A stretch of DNA of 57,935 nt, taken from contig JAXDLT010000416.1 of the NCBI GenBank assembly GCA_034666465.1, positions 1-57,935 of the forward strand, in the 5' to 3' direction. The position numbers and the translations under genes were made by a program. Shown here piece after piece: positions 1 through 9,080 of the stretch. Origin of the DNA: Chloroflexota bacterium. Lineage in GTDB: Bacteria > Chloroflexota > Dormibacteria > Aeolococcales > Aeolococcaceae. A model generated the notes under the pieces. It ran no database searches, was not told the DNA's origin, and was given only the letters and a program-made list of their open reading frames with translations. Within the stretch, counting starts at the first letter, position 1; each line of letters begins with the position of its first letter.

Positions 1-102
1 GCCGCCCGCGCCCTCGACGGGGTCACCGCGCCCTGGGACTGGGAACGCACCTACCATCTGGACGTCTGCGTGGCGGCTCTCCGCTCGGGCTCCCGCCCCT
101 GA
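1..102 (+). CDS. 3' end of an unidentified CDS (cut by window start)
   Basis: Frame 1 is open from base 1 to TGA at 100-102 with G/C-rich third codon positions (..AARALDGVTAPWDWERTYHLDVCVAALRSGSRP*). Too short to name. Confidence 0.35.
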   Translation, partial: AARALDGVTAPWDWERTYHLDVCVAALRSGSRP

Positions 103-157
103 GCGGCGGGCGGGGGGAGCACGGTGCGGTGCTCGCCCGGGCCTGGCTTCGGCCGCG

Positions 158-544
158 TCAGCGGACGCCCGCACGCTCCAGGGCGGCGGCGCAGCGCAGG
201 GCCATGCGCATGGTGTGGGCCGAGAAGACGGCACCGCAGGCGACGCACAGCGAGCTGCCGCGCACCTCTCCGTGACGCTGGATGGAGGCAAGCTCGCGCG
301 CCTCCGTGGCGGCCTCGCACGCGTTCTCGAGGTCGACGCGGAGCCGCTGCCCGGCGGCGCAGCCGGGCGAGGCGTATCGGGTCATGGTCGACCAGGTGCA
401 GTCGGCGCACCACTCGAGGTGCTCCTCCCACCGCCCGTGACCGTAGCTGACCTTCGTCTCGGCCCGGAGGACTCGTCTCTCGGCCACGTCCAGGGGCCCA
501 TCGTCCCCGGGGGGCCAGCTCTCGCCATGTCCGGCCACCGTCAC
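158..544 (-). CDS. hypothetical Cys-rich protein (two CxxC pairs, possible zinc-ribbon-like)
   Basis: 128-aa ORF with a GTG start, strong GC3 bias and balanced composition. It has 7 Cys, including CADC and CVAC. No family recognised. Confidence 0.5.
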   Translation of the reverse strand: MTVAGHGESWPPGDDGPLDVAERRVLRAETKVSYGHGRWEEHLEWCADCTWSTMTRYASPGCAAGQRLRVDLENACEAATEARELASIQRHGEVRGSSLCVACGAVFSAHTMRMALRCAAALERAGVR

Positions 545-816
545 CCACCCCTCGATCCGTCAGGCCGTCGGGTTGCCGCGGCCGTCCGAAGAGTCCAGCA
601 CGCCATGATGAGAGAATCCTGACTGGGGTGGCTGCTCACCGGTCGTCCGAAGGTACGACTGCCGGAGTGGGGGTGACTCTAACAACGATCCCCTTGTGCG
701 GCAACCCCGGAACGCATGTGGACTGTCATCACATGCCAACTGGTACATGAGCACATGATTGCAACGCTACATATCGTCGACCCTGCACCATGCAAGCACG
801 GGCGCGCTCACGACGG

Positions 817-1158
817 TCATGGTTCGTTGCCCGTGGGTTGGTCCGCGCCCTCGGGAAGACGATCTGCCAGTCCCTGCCACCCAATGCCGCGGGCACGCAG
901 CTCATCGATGGCCAGGCGGACGATCGCGCTGGCGGAGAGGCGGACATCGTCCCGGAGGGCATCCGCCTCGACGCCCCGCAGCCAGTGGCGCTGGACCTCG
1001 TCGAGATACACCACGAGCCGGCGCTCGGCCTGGCGTGCGGCGTTGCGCTCGGCCGGGCTCGACGTCAGAACGACCGCCGGCGCGGCCGCGTCGGGCGCGG
1101 GAGCCGGGGATGCCGCCGTGCCGGCACCGCTCGTGTCAGAGACGCGGTCGTCGGACAC
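817..1158 (-). CDS. ribbon-helix-helix (CopG/Arc/MetJ-like) DNA-binding protein
   Basis: 113-aa ORF with high GC3. It has a disordered Ala/Pro N-terminus, then RLVVYLDEVQRHWLRGVEADALRDDVRLSASAIVRLAIDELRARG, a strand-helix-helix pattern. An inverted repeat lies just upstream. Confidence 0.55.
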   Translation of the reverse strand: MSDDRVSDTSGAGTAASPAPAPDAAAPAVVLTSSPAERNAARQAERRLVVYLDEVQRHWLRGVEADALRDDVRLSASAIVRLAIDELRARGIGWQGLADRLPEGADQPTGNEP

Positions 1159-1173
1159 GGCTCAGGCGCCGGC

Positions 1174-1195
1174 GTGCACATAGCCACATGTGCAC
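1174..1195. promoter_or_regulatory. 8-bp inverted repeat (GTGCACAT-n6-ATGTGCAC), candidate operator of the RHH gene
   Basis: A perfect palindrome seen 16-37 nt upstream of the RHH start. A second CACATG-type inverted repeat (GCATGTG-n9-CACATGC) lies at 714-736. Confidence 0.3.
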
Positions 1196-1343
1196 GAGAC
1201 CATGTGGGACGGTGCGCAGTCGCGCTCCGTGCCCGTCCTCCGGCCATGCTGAGGTGCGCACGTCCAGGTCCACACATCCTCACCCCCTCTTGGAGTCCGC
1301 GTCGCCGACGTTTCTTCATACTGTAGTTAATCGATCCAGACAG

Positions 1344-1861
1344 TCAACTACTCGTCTCCCGGTTGGTGCCAACATCGGCAGCGGCCCGATCGGTGGCGAT
1401 CACACACGACACGGCCGCGGGTGGCGCGCGGCCGGATTGAGCTGCAGTGTCCGCCGCGCACGGACCGGCGCAACGCTTGTCAAGTCGGTTGACGTGAACC
1501 GCTGCAAACCCGGCAGAAAGTTGATCGATCTGGTCAGGTATGGAGCGCTGCGCGCCTTCCTCGGCGGTGTCCATCGCCCGGGTCCGGACGGGGCGACCGC
1601 CACGCCGTACGGACTGTTGCCGGTGGGGACCGAGGTCTACAGGTGGTGGGTGCCTGGGTCGATGACCGACAGCATGCCGGCTCCCTGGTTGACGACATGG
1701 ATGGCGTGGAGGGTGGCTGCCGCGTTGAAGGGGTCCGTGCCGTAGGGACCGATGGAGACGGTGGCGACGGCCGTACGGACGCGGGTGTCGATGACGCATG
1801 AGACGTGGCCCGCCCTCCACGCGGCGTCACCGGTCCTCCGGGATACCGGGCTCCTCGTCAC
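1344..1861 (-). pseudogene. decayed YVTN-family beta-propeller repeat gene (frameshifted or stopped)
   Basis: YVTN-like repeats are spread over all three minus-strand frames. Examples are VSCVIDTRVRTAVATVSIGPYG and HVVNQGAGMLSVIDPGTHHL (ORF 1637..1861), GNSPYGVAVAPSGPG (frame of 1400..1603) and AAVSCVIATDRAAADVGTN (frame of 1344..1820). More fragments probably extend up to about 2100. Confidence 0.4.
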
Positions 1862-2157
1862 TCATGCGCGGGGTTCCCGCGACGTCCGCCTGGCTCCGTC
1901 ACGACGACACCGTCGCATCCGGAGTCACTCCCCAGAACGTCCGGTTGGACAGTTGAGGCCTGGCCACCCAGGCCGGCTTCATGGCTACTCGGGCCAGATC
2001 CCGCCTGGCCCATGCCGCAGTGCGCTGCAGGAGTGGACGCAGCGTCACGACGCGCGGCAGGCTCTTCGCCCGCCGCGCGTCGCACACGGCTCCCGGCCGT
2101 ACCACCTCGGCCAGCTTGTGATGTTCGCGCCGGCCGGGCGACGGTTGCGGTGGTCCG

Positions 2158-2469
2158 CTACTTGTTGAAGTCGGGGCCACCCCCGAAGCAGGCGGGGTGA
2201 GGCTTGTCGTGAAGCGGGCCGTAGGGACCCCAGGGACCGAGCGGGCCGAAGGGACCAAGGTCGTAGGCGGACAGAAGGCACTGCGGGTCGCCCTGGCTGC
2301 CGGGTGGCTGGGGGACGGCCACGTCGAGCGGATTGGTGACTGCGGCAGGGGCAGCTAGTCCGACCACTCCGGCGGTCGGCGTCGCGGCTCTCGTCACGGC
2401 CACAGGCGCGGCAGCGGCAAGCAGACCGACGACTGCTCCCACCCGCACCCAGCGGTTGAGCCGGAACAT
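2158..2469 (-). CDS. small secreted protein, Gly/Pro-rich C-terminus
   Basis: Internal ATG at 2469 preceded by GGAGG about 10 nt upstream. Signal-peptide-like MFRLNRWVRVGAVVGLLAAAAPVAVTRA. The C-terminus is LGPFGPLGPWGPYGPL with 2 Cys. Confidence 0.6.
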   Translation of the reverse strand: MFRLNRWVRVGAVVGLLAAAAPVAVTRAATPTAGVVGLAAPAAVTNPLDVAVPQPPGSQGDPQCLLSAYDLGPFGPLGPWGPYGPLHDKPHPACFGGGPDFNK

Positions 2470-2792
2470 GTGACGTTGAACCTCCGTGGCGCCAGGCGGC
2501 CGGGGCTGCCGCCGGACAGGTGCTGTGCGGGCGCTTCTCCAGCGCGCCCCGCCGTCGTGGTACAACGGTCCCACTCGGCGGCCACTCCCCCAAATGTCCT
2601 CCTGGACAGTCACACCTGGCCAGAGGAACGCACGGCACACCGCATGGGGCCACCGCGCGGTCATCGAGCGCGTCGACCCCGGACCGAGACGATGGAGATC
2701 GCTGTCCTGGAGCTGCGTTCGGGCAGCCACGTTCCTGGTGGCTGCTCGAGCCGCCGCCGGGCGGAGCGGGTGATGGTCCGGGACGGTGGAAT

Positions 2793-3788
2793 TCAGGCCG
2801 TGATGGCACGCCGGATCGCCGCTCGGATGACCGCCGCGACCCGGAGCGGACCAGCACCCGCGCCGAAGGCCAACGTGTAGTGGTTGACGCCTGCGATGTC
2901 CTCGATCCGCGCATCGGGGTGGGCGGCGAGGAAGGCGTCGACGAGCGGGCCAGGGAGCAGCGGGTCGTCGTCCAGCAGGCCGCGCGGCGCGCGGACGAGA
3001 TGGAGAGGCGCGCGCACCCGATCGACGGCCGTCCGCGTCGTCTCGTCGAGCACCAGGTCTGCGCAGTCAGCCGCGACCGCCGCCTCCGAGACGACGCAGC
3101 GCATGGCGCCCGGCTCGCCGGCCACGTCGTATCGGGCGTAGGCGTCGACATCGTCGTTCCACTCGTGAACCAACGCCGGGTGCTCGCGCCAGAGCCCCAC
3201 ATACTCGTCGACCGACTCGAAGGTCATCTTCAGGCGGGCGATCGACTGCTCGAGCACGAGCTTGACCACCTGGTTGGGATCCTGGTCCGGCGGGATGGGG
3301 ATGAACAGGCCGCCGTCGACCAGCACGACCGCAGCCGCGCGTTCCGGGTGTTGTGCCGCGAGGCGTGCGACGACATACGCGCCCATCGAGTGCCCGGTGA
3401 GCACGACGCGGTCGACGCCGGCGTGGTCGAGCACGGCGAGCAGGTCGGTCACATGGGCCGCCACCCCGTACGGGCCGGGAAGGGCGGCGCTGTGTCCGCG
3501 CCCCCGAAGGTCGGGTGCCAGCAGGCATACGCCTGTGACGTCCGCGAGCTCTCGTGCGACCGTGCGCCACACCATGTGAGAGGACGTGATGCCGTGGACG
3601 GCCAGGACGACCGCCTCTGCCTCCTGGGGCGGCGCGCCCGCGCGCCAGACACTCAGCCCGCCGCCCCGAACGGGGACCTCGGTGGCCAGGAACGGATCGC
3701 TCAGGGAGGGCTCGCCGGCGATCATCGTGCCACGCCGTCCTGATCGGTCTGTCGATTTCTCGTGGGACACGTCGCTGTCTCCCTCCAT
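2793..3788 (-). CDS. alpha/beta hydrolase
   Basis: HG oxyanion motif (LAVHGITSS) and nucleophile elbow GHSMG, with alpha/beta-fold length. The start could instead be the ATG at 3725 (MIAGEP). Confidence 0.85.
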   Translation of the reverse strand: MEGDSDVSHEKSTDRSGRRGTMIAGEPSLSDPFLATEVPVRGGGLSVWRAGAPPQEAEAVVLAVHGITSSHMVWRTVARELADVTGVCLLAPDLRGRGHSAALPGPYGVAAHVTDLLAVLDHAGVDRVVLTGHSMGAYVVARLAAQHPERAAAVVLVDGGLFIPIPPDQDPNQVVKLVLEQSIARLKMTFESVDEYVGLWREHPALVHEWNDDVDAYARYDVAGEPGAMRCVVSEAAVAADCADLVLDETTRTAVDRVRAPLHLVRAPRGLLDDDPLLPGPLVDAFLAAHPDARIEDIAGVNHYTLAFGAGAGPLRVAAVIRAAIRRAITA

Positions 3789-3836
3789 TTCCTACCGGCC
3801 CCCCGCCACCTGACGGTCCGCCAGCAAGGATGGCGG

Positions 3837-4130
3837 CTAGTGCATGCCACCCACACTCGTGGAGCCGGCGGGCGTCGATGCTGCCGTGCGGCCAGCCGAC
3901 AGAGGTTGTGAGCAGGGCAGCAGGTTTGCGGTGAACGGGGTGGCGAACACGATGATCACCCCGTACGTGCACGTCGTCGTCACCGTCGTCGTGTCGCGCG
4001 CGGGCGCCGGATCGACCGTGCCGTCGGCGGCCCTGGCCGTGATGGTCGGGCCGGCAAGCGGGACGCCGACGCTCAGGGCGCCGGCGGCCGCCGCCGCCAT
4101 CCGGCAGGTGAGTGAGAGCATGGGATGCAT
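3837..4130 (-). CDS. small secreted protein (hypothetical)
   Basis: 97-aa ORF with high GC3 and a signal-like N-terminus (MLSLTCRMAAAAAGALSVGVPLAGPTITARA). No family recognised. Confidence 0.5.
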   Translation of the reverse strand: MHPMLSLTCRMAAAAAGALSVGVPLAGPTITARAADGTVDPAPARDTTTVTTTCTYGVIIVFATPFTANLLPCSQPLSAGRTAASTPAGSTSVGGMH

Positions 4131-4178
4131 GCGTGATGAACCTCCTCGTGTGGGCGGCCGGGCCGCCCTCGTCTCTGA

Positions 4179-5156
4179 TCAGGCCTCGCGGAATCGGCGG
4201 AGGGCGAGGGTTGCCGCCACGACGAGGATTCCCGCCGACCACGCGAGCGCGTTGAGGACCGGTTGCTCGGCTGAACCGGTTCCCTCTGTCAGGGCCCGGA
4301 GCGCGTCGATCACGTTGGTCACGGGCTGCGCGTTGGCAAACGTTCTCAGCCAGCCGGGCATCGTCTCCGTCGACGTGAACGTCGATGCCGCGAAGACGAG
4401 CGGGAAGGTCACCACGAGCGCCGCGAGCGTCGCAGCTTCGACGTTGCGCACGGCCAGGCCGAGAAGCGCGAAGAGCCAGGAGCAGGCGTATCCGAAGAAC
4501 AGAGCGATCCCGATCCCGGCGAGGATGGACGGCAGCCCGTTGTGGAACCGGAAGCCAACGAGCAGGCCGATCAGGATCATCAGCGCCACCGTGTAGGTGA
4601 GACGCACCAGGTCAGCCAGCGTGCGAGCGGTGAGGATCGCCCCGCGGTGCGTCGGCAGCGAGCGGAAGCGGTCGGTGACGCCCTTGGTCAGATCCTCGGC
4701 GACGCTGACTGCCGAGGAGGAGCCCCCGAAGAGCGTGGTCTGCACGATGATCCCGGGAATCAGGTAGTCGACGTAGTTGGCGTAGCCGGCGACGTGGATC
4801 GAGCCGCCGAACACGTAGCGGAACAGCAGGACGAACATGACCGGCATGATCGCGGCGGCGACGACCAGCTGTGGCGTCCGCCGGGAGAGAAGGAGGTTCC
4901 GGCGCGTCAGCACCAGCGTGTCGGAGACAAAGGCGCGCAGCCCCTGTGCACGGACGGGGGGAAGCGTGACGATGCTGTCGCTCCGACTGCCCAGCGTGTG
5001 AGAGACGGCCAGCGTCAGCGCCGCCAGGATGACTCCGGAGGAGGCGATCAGCGCCACCATCACGGCGGTGTCGAGGTGCATGATCCGATACCCGAGCTCG
5101 CCCCACCACCGCTGGAGCGCTGGGCCCGTGACGTTGGCGAGGAATGTGGTGCTCAT
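4179..5156 (-). CDS. ABC-2 type transporter permease (DrrB-like)
   Basis: About six hydrophobic segments. The ATG at 5156 overlaps the upstream ATPase stop by 4 nt (ATGA), implying translational coupling. I rejected the 56-aa Arg-rich N-terminal extension in the ORF track. Confidence 0.85.
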   Translation of the reverse strand: MSTTFLANVTGPALQRWWGELGYRIMHLDTAVMVALIASSGVILAALTLAVSHTLGSRSDSIVTLPPVRAQGLRAFVSDTLVLTRRNLLLSRRTPQLVVAAAIMPVMFVLLFRYVFGGSIHVAGYANYVDYLIPGIIVQTTLFGGSSSAVSVAEDLTKGVTDRFRSLPTHRGAILTARTLADLVRLTYTVALMILIGLLVGFRFHNGLPSILAGIGIALFFGYACSWLFALLGLAVRNVEAATLAALVVTFPLVFAASTFTSTETMPGWLRTFANAQPVTNVIDALRALTEGTGSAEQPVLNALAWSAGILVVAATLALRRFREA

Positions 5157-6187
5157 CGTGCCACTCCCTGCGGCGGGGTCCGCTTGCTGGTCAGCCGCTC
5201 GCCGCGAGACGAGGCGAGCTGCTCCACCGCCGCCGGCTCCGTCGCAACCTGGCGAGTGAGGTTCAGGAACACGTCGTCGAGTGAGGGACGGCGCACGCCG
5301 AGGTCGTCGACGGCGATGCCGCACTCCTCGATGCGACGGGCGACCGCCAGCAGCGTCTGCACTCGCTCGCTCGTGGGCAGCGTGACGCGCTGCCCACGCA
5401 GGTCCGCCACCGGTGCGCCGGAGCCGAGCCCATCCAGGAGGCCGACGAGGCGTTCGACGTCCCCGGAGTTGGTGGCTCGGACCTCGAGGACGTCGCCGCC
5501 GATGTGCTGCTTGAGCTCATCGGGGGTGCCGGCGGCGATCACGCGGCCCCGCTCGATCACGGCGATGCGATCGGCCAACCGGTCGGCCTCCTCGAGGTAT
5601 TGGGTCGTCAACAGCACCGTGGTCCCCTGGCGGACGAGATCCTCGATGAACGTCCACAGCTCGACCCGCGTGCGCGGGTCGAGGCCGGTGGTGGGCTCGT
5701 CCATGAGCAGGACGATCGGATGGCCCACCAGGCTGGCGCCGAGGTCGAGACGGCGGCGCATGCCGCCGGAGTAGGTGCGCACCAGTCGATCGGCGGCCTC
5801 CGTGAGCGAGAGACGCTCCAGCGTCTCGTCGGCGCGCGTCCGCGCCTGCGAACGTCGCAGGCCATACAGGCGGCCGACCAGCTGCAGGTTCTCGCGGCCG
5901 GTCAGTGTCTCGTCAACGGCGGAGGACTGGCCGGCGAAACCGATCAGCGAGCGCACCACCTGTGCCCTCCGCACGACGTCTGCCCCGGCGACGCGCACGC
6001 GGCCGGCGTCGGGTACGAGCAGGGTGGCCAGGATGCGCACGAGGGTCGTCTTCCCGGCGCCATTGCGGCCCAGGAGGCCGAGCACGGTTCCGCGCTCGAC
6101 TGCGAGGTCGACGCCCGCCAGGGCGCGCGTCGAGCCGAACGACCTCTCGACGCCCTCGACCGTGATGATCGGGTCACTTGCGGTCAC
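5153..6187 (-). CDS. ABC transporter ATP-binding protein (DrrA / daunorubicin-resistance-like)
   Basis: Walker A GRNGAGKTT, signature YSGGMRRRL, Walker B LLMDEPT. GTG at 6187 is preceded by GAAGGAG 5 nt upstream. Confidence 0.9.
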   Translation of the reverse strand: MTASDPIITVEGVERSFGSTRALAGVDLAVERGTVLGLLGRNGAGKTTLVRILATLLVPDAGRVRVAGADVVRRAQVVRSLIGFAGQSSAVDETLTGRENLQLVGRLYGLRRSQARTRADETLERLSLTEAADRLVRTYSGGMRRRLDLGASLVGHPIVLLMDEPTTGLDPRTRVELWTFIEDLVRQGTTVLLTTQYLEEADRLADRIAVIERGRVIAAGTPDELKQHIGGDVLEVRATNSGDVERLVGLLDGLGSGAPVADLRGQRVTLPTSERVQTLLAVARRIEECGIAVDDLGVRRPSLDDVFLNLTRQVATEPAAVEQLASSRGERLTSKRTPPQGVAR

Positions 6188-6397
6188 GCGCACTCCTTCT
6201 GCAGTTCGAGCGTGATCTTGATCGCGGCGCTCTCCTGTGGCACCACTCGAGTCTCGTGCTGACCCTGCGGGCGCGGAGCTGTCCGGTGGGACGGTCACCC
6301 CTGGCCCTCAGGGCCTGCGGCGTGAACCCCGTGCGGCCACGAGGGCGTCGTGCTCCCGCGCAGCGCGATACGCCGCGGACGCCTGCTCTGACCTGGT

Positions 6398-7318
6398 TCA
6401 GACCGCCACAGTACGTTCGACCTCGCGAGCCGGGGCGGAGGCGGCGTGCGCCAGCTGCAGGAACGCGGATGTGGCGATGCCGGCGTGCTCGGGGTCGGTG
6501 ATGACGACCACCTCGCAGGTGGGGGATGGGGCTGAAAGCGGCAGGAACCGGACACCGGGGGTGGCGTAGCGTCGGGCGGCCGATCCCGGGAGCAGAGCCG
6601 CGCCTGCGCCCGCCGCGACCGCGAGCAGGAGGTGCTCCACGTTCGGCACCGCCACCTCCACCGGCGCCGCTGCGATCCCCGCGTCCCGCCAGGCCGTGAT
6701 CAGGCAGTCGAAGAACGCCGGGTTCGTGGTGCGGGCCATCACCAACAGCGGCGTGCGCTCCAGCAGGCGCGGGCTGATCACCAGGCCGCCGGCCGCAGGA
6801 TGCGTCTCGACCAGCCCCACGACCACCCCCTCCTCGCCCAGCGCTGTCACCCGCAGTCCGCTGACCGGTGCGGGCAGGCAGACGACGGCGGCGTCGAGCT
6901 GATGATCGCGGACGCGCTCGATGAGCTCGAGGGAGCAGTGCGTCTCCAGCACGATGTCCACGCCCGGTGTCGCCCGCGCGAAGCGCCCGAGCGTTCGTGG
7001 CAGCGCGGGCGGTACGGCGTCGGGCAGATGGCCGACCCGCAGTCGTCCATTGGCCTGGTCGCCCGTACGTATCGCCGCGTGCCGCGCTCGCTCGGCCTGC
7101 TGCAGGACGCGCCGCGCCTCCACCAGGAACACGTCCCCGGCGGGCGTCAGCGAGACCCTGTGGTGCGTCCGCTCGAGGAGCTGGACGCCCAGCTCCTCCT
7201 CGAGCTTGCGCACCTGCTCGCTGACGGCTGGCTGAGCGACATGCAGACGCTCGGCGGCGCGCCGGAAGTGCAGCTCCTCGGCGACGGCGACGAAGTGGCG
7301 AAGATGTCGAAGTTCCAT
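6398..7318 (-). CDS. LysR family transcriptional regulator
   Basis: N-terminal MELRHLRHFVAVAEELHFRRAAERLHVAQPAVSEQVRKLEEELG HTH plus a LysR substrate-binding-length C-terminus. Confidence 0.95.
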   Translation of the reverse strand: MELRHLRHFVAVAEELHFRRAAERLHVAQPAVSEQVRKLEEELGVQLLERTHHRVSLTPAGDVFLVEARRVLQQAERARHAAIRTGDQANGRLRVGHLPDAVPPALPRTLGRFARATPGVDIVLETHCSLELIERVRDHQLDAAVVCLPAPVSGLRVTALGEEGVVVGLVETHPAAGGLVISPRLLERTPLLVMARTTNPAFFDCLITAWRDAGIAAAPVEVAVPNVEHLLLAVAAGAGAALLPGSAARRYATPGVRFLPLSAPSPTCEVVVITDPEHAGIATSAFLQLAHAASAPAREVERTVAV

Positions 7319-7334
7319 GCCGGATCCGCGGCGC

Positions 7335-7463
7335 CTACACCACGGTGAGCGTGGCCTGCCCGGCGACCGGCTGGAGGGCGCCGGGGAGGCAGGCGGGACA
7401 GCCGGCAGCGGAGACCTCCAGGCCAGCCCATGCGGTGGCGTTCACGGTGTGGCGAACCTCCAT
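7335..7463 (-). CDS. 42-aa small ORF (MEVRHTVNATAWAGLEVSAAGCPACLPGALQPVAGQATLTVV)
   Basis: ATG at 7463 with AGGAGA 6 nt upstream, mostly G/C third positions, stop 16 nt before the LysR ATG. Below the ORF-track size cutoff. Function unknown. Confidence 0.35.
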   Translation of the reverse strand: MEVRHTVNATAWAGLEVSAAGCPACLPGALQPVAGQATLTVV

Positions 7464-7655
7464 GGTGGTCTCCTGTCGGATGGACCAGGGTGGTGCCGGC
7501 CTGGCCTGGCCTGGTTCGGGGTGTGCTCCGTCGTGACCTCGTCTGGGCTTCGTTCAGCCAGGGTGACGGATACGGCGCCGGGCGCACATCACGCGAGCTT
7601 GTAGTTCCTCCGCCCCGGCATCCCCACCCCGGTGCCCCCGTTCGACACGGGTCAC

Positions 7656-8531
7656 CTAGGCGGGCACCACGTCGAGGATGCGGTCGATCGAGCCGTCGGG
7701 GACCGCGCAGGTCTGGAACTGGGCGACGACGTCAGGCTCGGTGGTGGGCGGCACGCCGTCCGCCGACCGCCAGTGGGGGCGCACGGAGACCACCCGCCAG
7801 ACATGCGTCGCGCCGTCCCCGTCGTAGTAGGTGATGATCGAGCCCACCCCCATGTGCATGAGCGGGGTGAACACGCCGGCGTTGTGACCGACGAAGTACC
7901 GCGGACCGGCGATGCAGGTGTCGATGGCGGCGGAGGCGTGGGTGAGTTCGGTGAGGCCCGAGCAGTCGCTGTAGACGCCGACGCCGGTGTTGAGGGCGCC
8001 GTCTCCGCTCGTCAGCCAGTTGCGCCGGACCACAGGTGCGAGAGGTCGCCTGATCACCCGAGGCGCGGGCGCGACCACCGGCGCGGACGCGGCCCCCTGG
8101 ATCACGGGCATCGGGATCGGCGGCGGGGCGGGCACCGGAGTCGGCGCCGGGGCGGCCACCGGCGTCGGGGTGTGGCTGATCAGGAGGTGGTCGGCGTTGG
8201 CGACGAGCGTGCCACGGGTCTCCGTCGTCGCCGAGGTCCTCGCCTCCGGCGCGGCCGGGCTCGCCTGAACGATGACCAGCGCCGCGCAGATCGAGGCCGT
8301 GGCAGCGACGGCGGTGAGACGCGCACCGAGGGCCGCGCCGGCACTCCGTGCTGCCGGCCTCCGGGGCGGCCACACGTTTCGCGCCGACCTCGGAGGTGTC
8401 GACGAGGATTGCGGATCTCCACCGGGCCCCGTCGTGACGTCGGACCCCGCCTCGCGGCGTGACCGCTCACGGCGAGCACGTGCCGGTCGGTGAGCCAGCA
8501 GCTGCTCGACAACAGCGAAGATCGAGGTCAT
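7656..8531 (-). CDS. membrane-anchored secreted protein with sortase-fold-like C-terminal domain
   Basis: ATG at 8531 with AAGGAG 5 nt upstream. It has one TM/signal anchor (LTAVAATASICAALVIV) and a Pro-rich linker (PTPVAAPAPTPVPAPPPIPMP). The C-terminal domain has His (YFVGHN), Cys (QFQTCAV) and Arg (IDRIL) in sortase order. The call rests on motif order only. Confidence 0.5.
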   Translation of the reverse strand: MTSIFAVVEQLLAHRPARARRERSRREAGSDVTTGPGGDPQSSSTPPRSARNVWPPRRPAARSAGAALGARLTAVAATASICAALVIVQASPAAPEARTSATTETRGTLVANADHLLISHTPTPVAAPAPTPVPAPPPIPMPVIQGAASAPVVAPAPRVIRRPLAPVVRRNWLTSGDGALNTGVGVYSDCSGLTELTHASAAIDTCIAGPRYFVGHNAGVFTPLMHMGVGSIITYYDGDGATHVWRVVSVRPHWRSADGVPPTTEPDVVAQFQTCAVPDGSIDRILDVVPA

Positions 8532-8924
8532 GGTTGCTCCTTGGAAGCGCAATGAGATCGAGGGCGTGTCTGCGCTGCCACGGTATGTACGGAGCAATGC
8601 CAGGCCGACTGGTCGAAGGGCGGGACTTGCCGTACCAGAGGTCAGGTTCCGCCGTTGCCGTCCACGCACGGGGAGCTTCCGCAGGCAAACGGCATCGTGT
8701 GTCGGTTGAGCGGCGAGGTCAGGTGATGACTGTCCCGCAGTACAGGTCCTGGAGAGGACGCGCCGGGTGAGCATGTTTCGAGCAGTTCGCCGGAACACGC
8801 ATGGAACGAGCAGTCACAACCACACTCACCCGTCGCTGCCCACCGGACCACCGGGGCAACCGATCACACGATCTGTCAGGGAGCGGTCCCGTGCTCGCGG
8901 GAGGAGCTCAGGAGACACCGCCGA

Positions 8925-9080
8925 ATGTTCGCCATCCTCGAATCACCCGACGGACCGGCCCTCTGCGTGGGCTACCGCACCCGCTCCGCCGCCGTCGCCG
9001 CCCTCGAGCGGCTGCGCCTCACCGGCACCGCGTACCAGACGCACGTCGTCGTGGAAACCTCCCATGAGGAGACACCGTGA
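8925..9080 (+). CDS. 51-aa hypothetical protein (paralog at 26079..26234)
   Basis: ATG preceded by GGAGA 9 nt upstream. MFAILESPDGPALCVGYRTRSAAVAALERLRLTGTAYQTHVVVETSHEETP. Conserved as an intact ORF in the second copy. Its stop overlaps the next gene's start (GTGA). Confidence 0.55.
   Translation: MFAILESPDGPALCVGYRTRSAAVAALERLRLTGTAYQTHVVVETSHEETP

Noticed and set aside
560-816. Intergenic stretches checked by eye for tRNA, tmRNA or other structured RNA: 560-816, 1160-1340, 8532-8924, 37812-38192, 44024-44266 and 45882-46029.
   Set aside because: I found no cloverleaf-compatible sequence (no GTTCGAATC-type T-loop with a matching acceptor stem). Small RNAs cannot be excluded without covariance-model scans.
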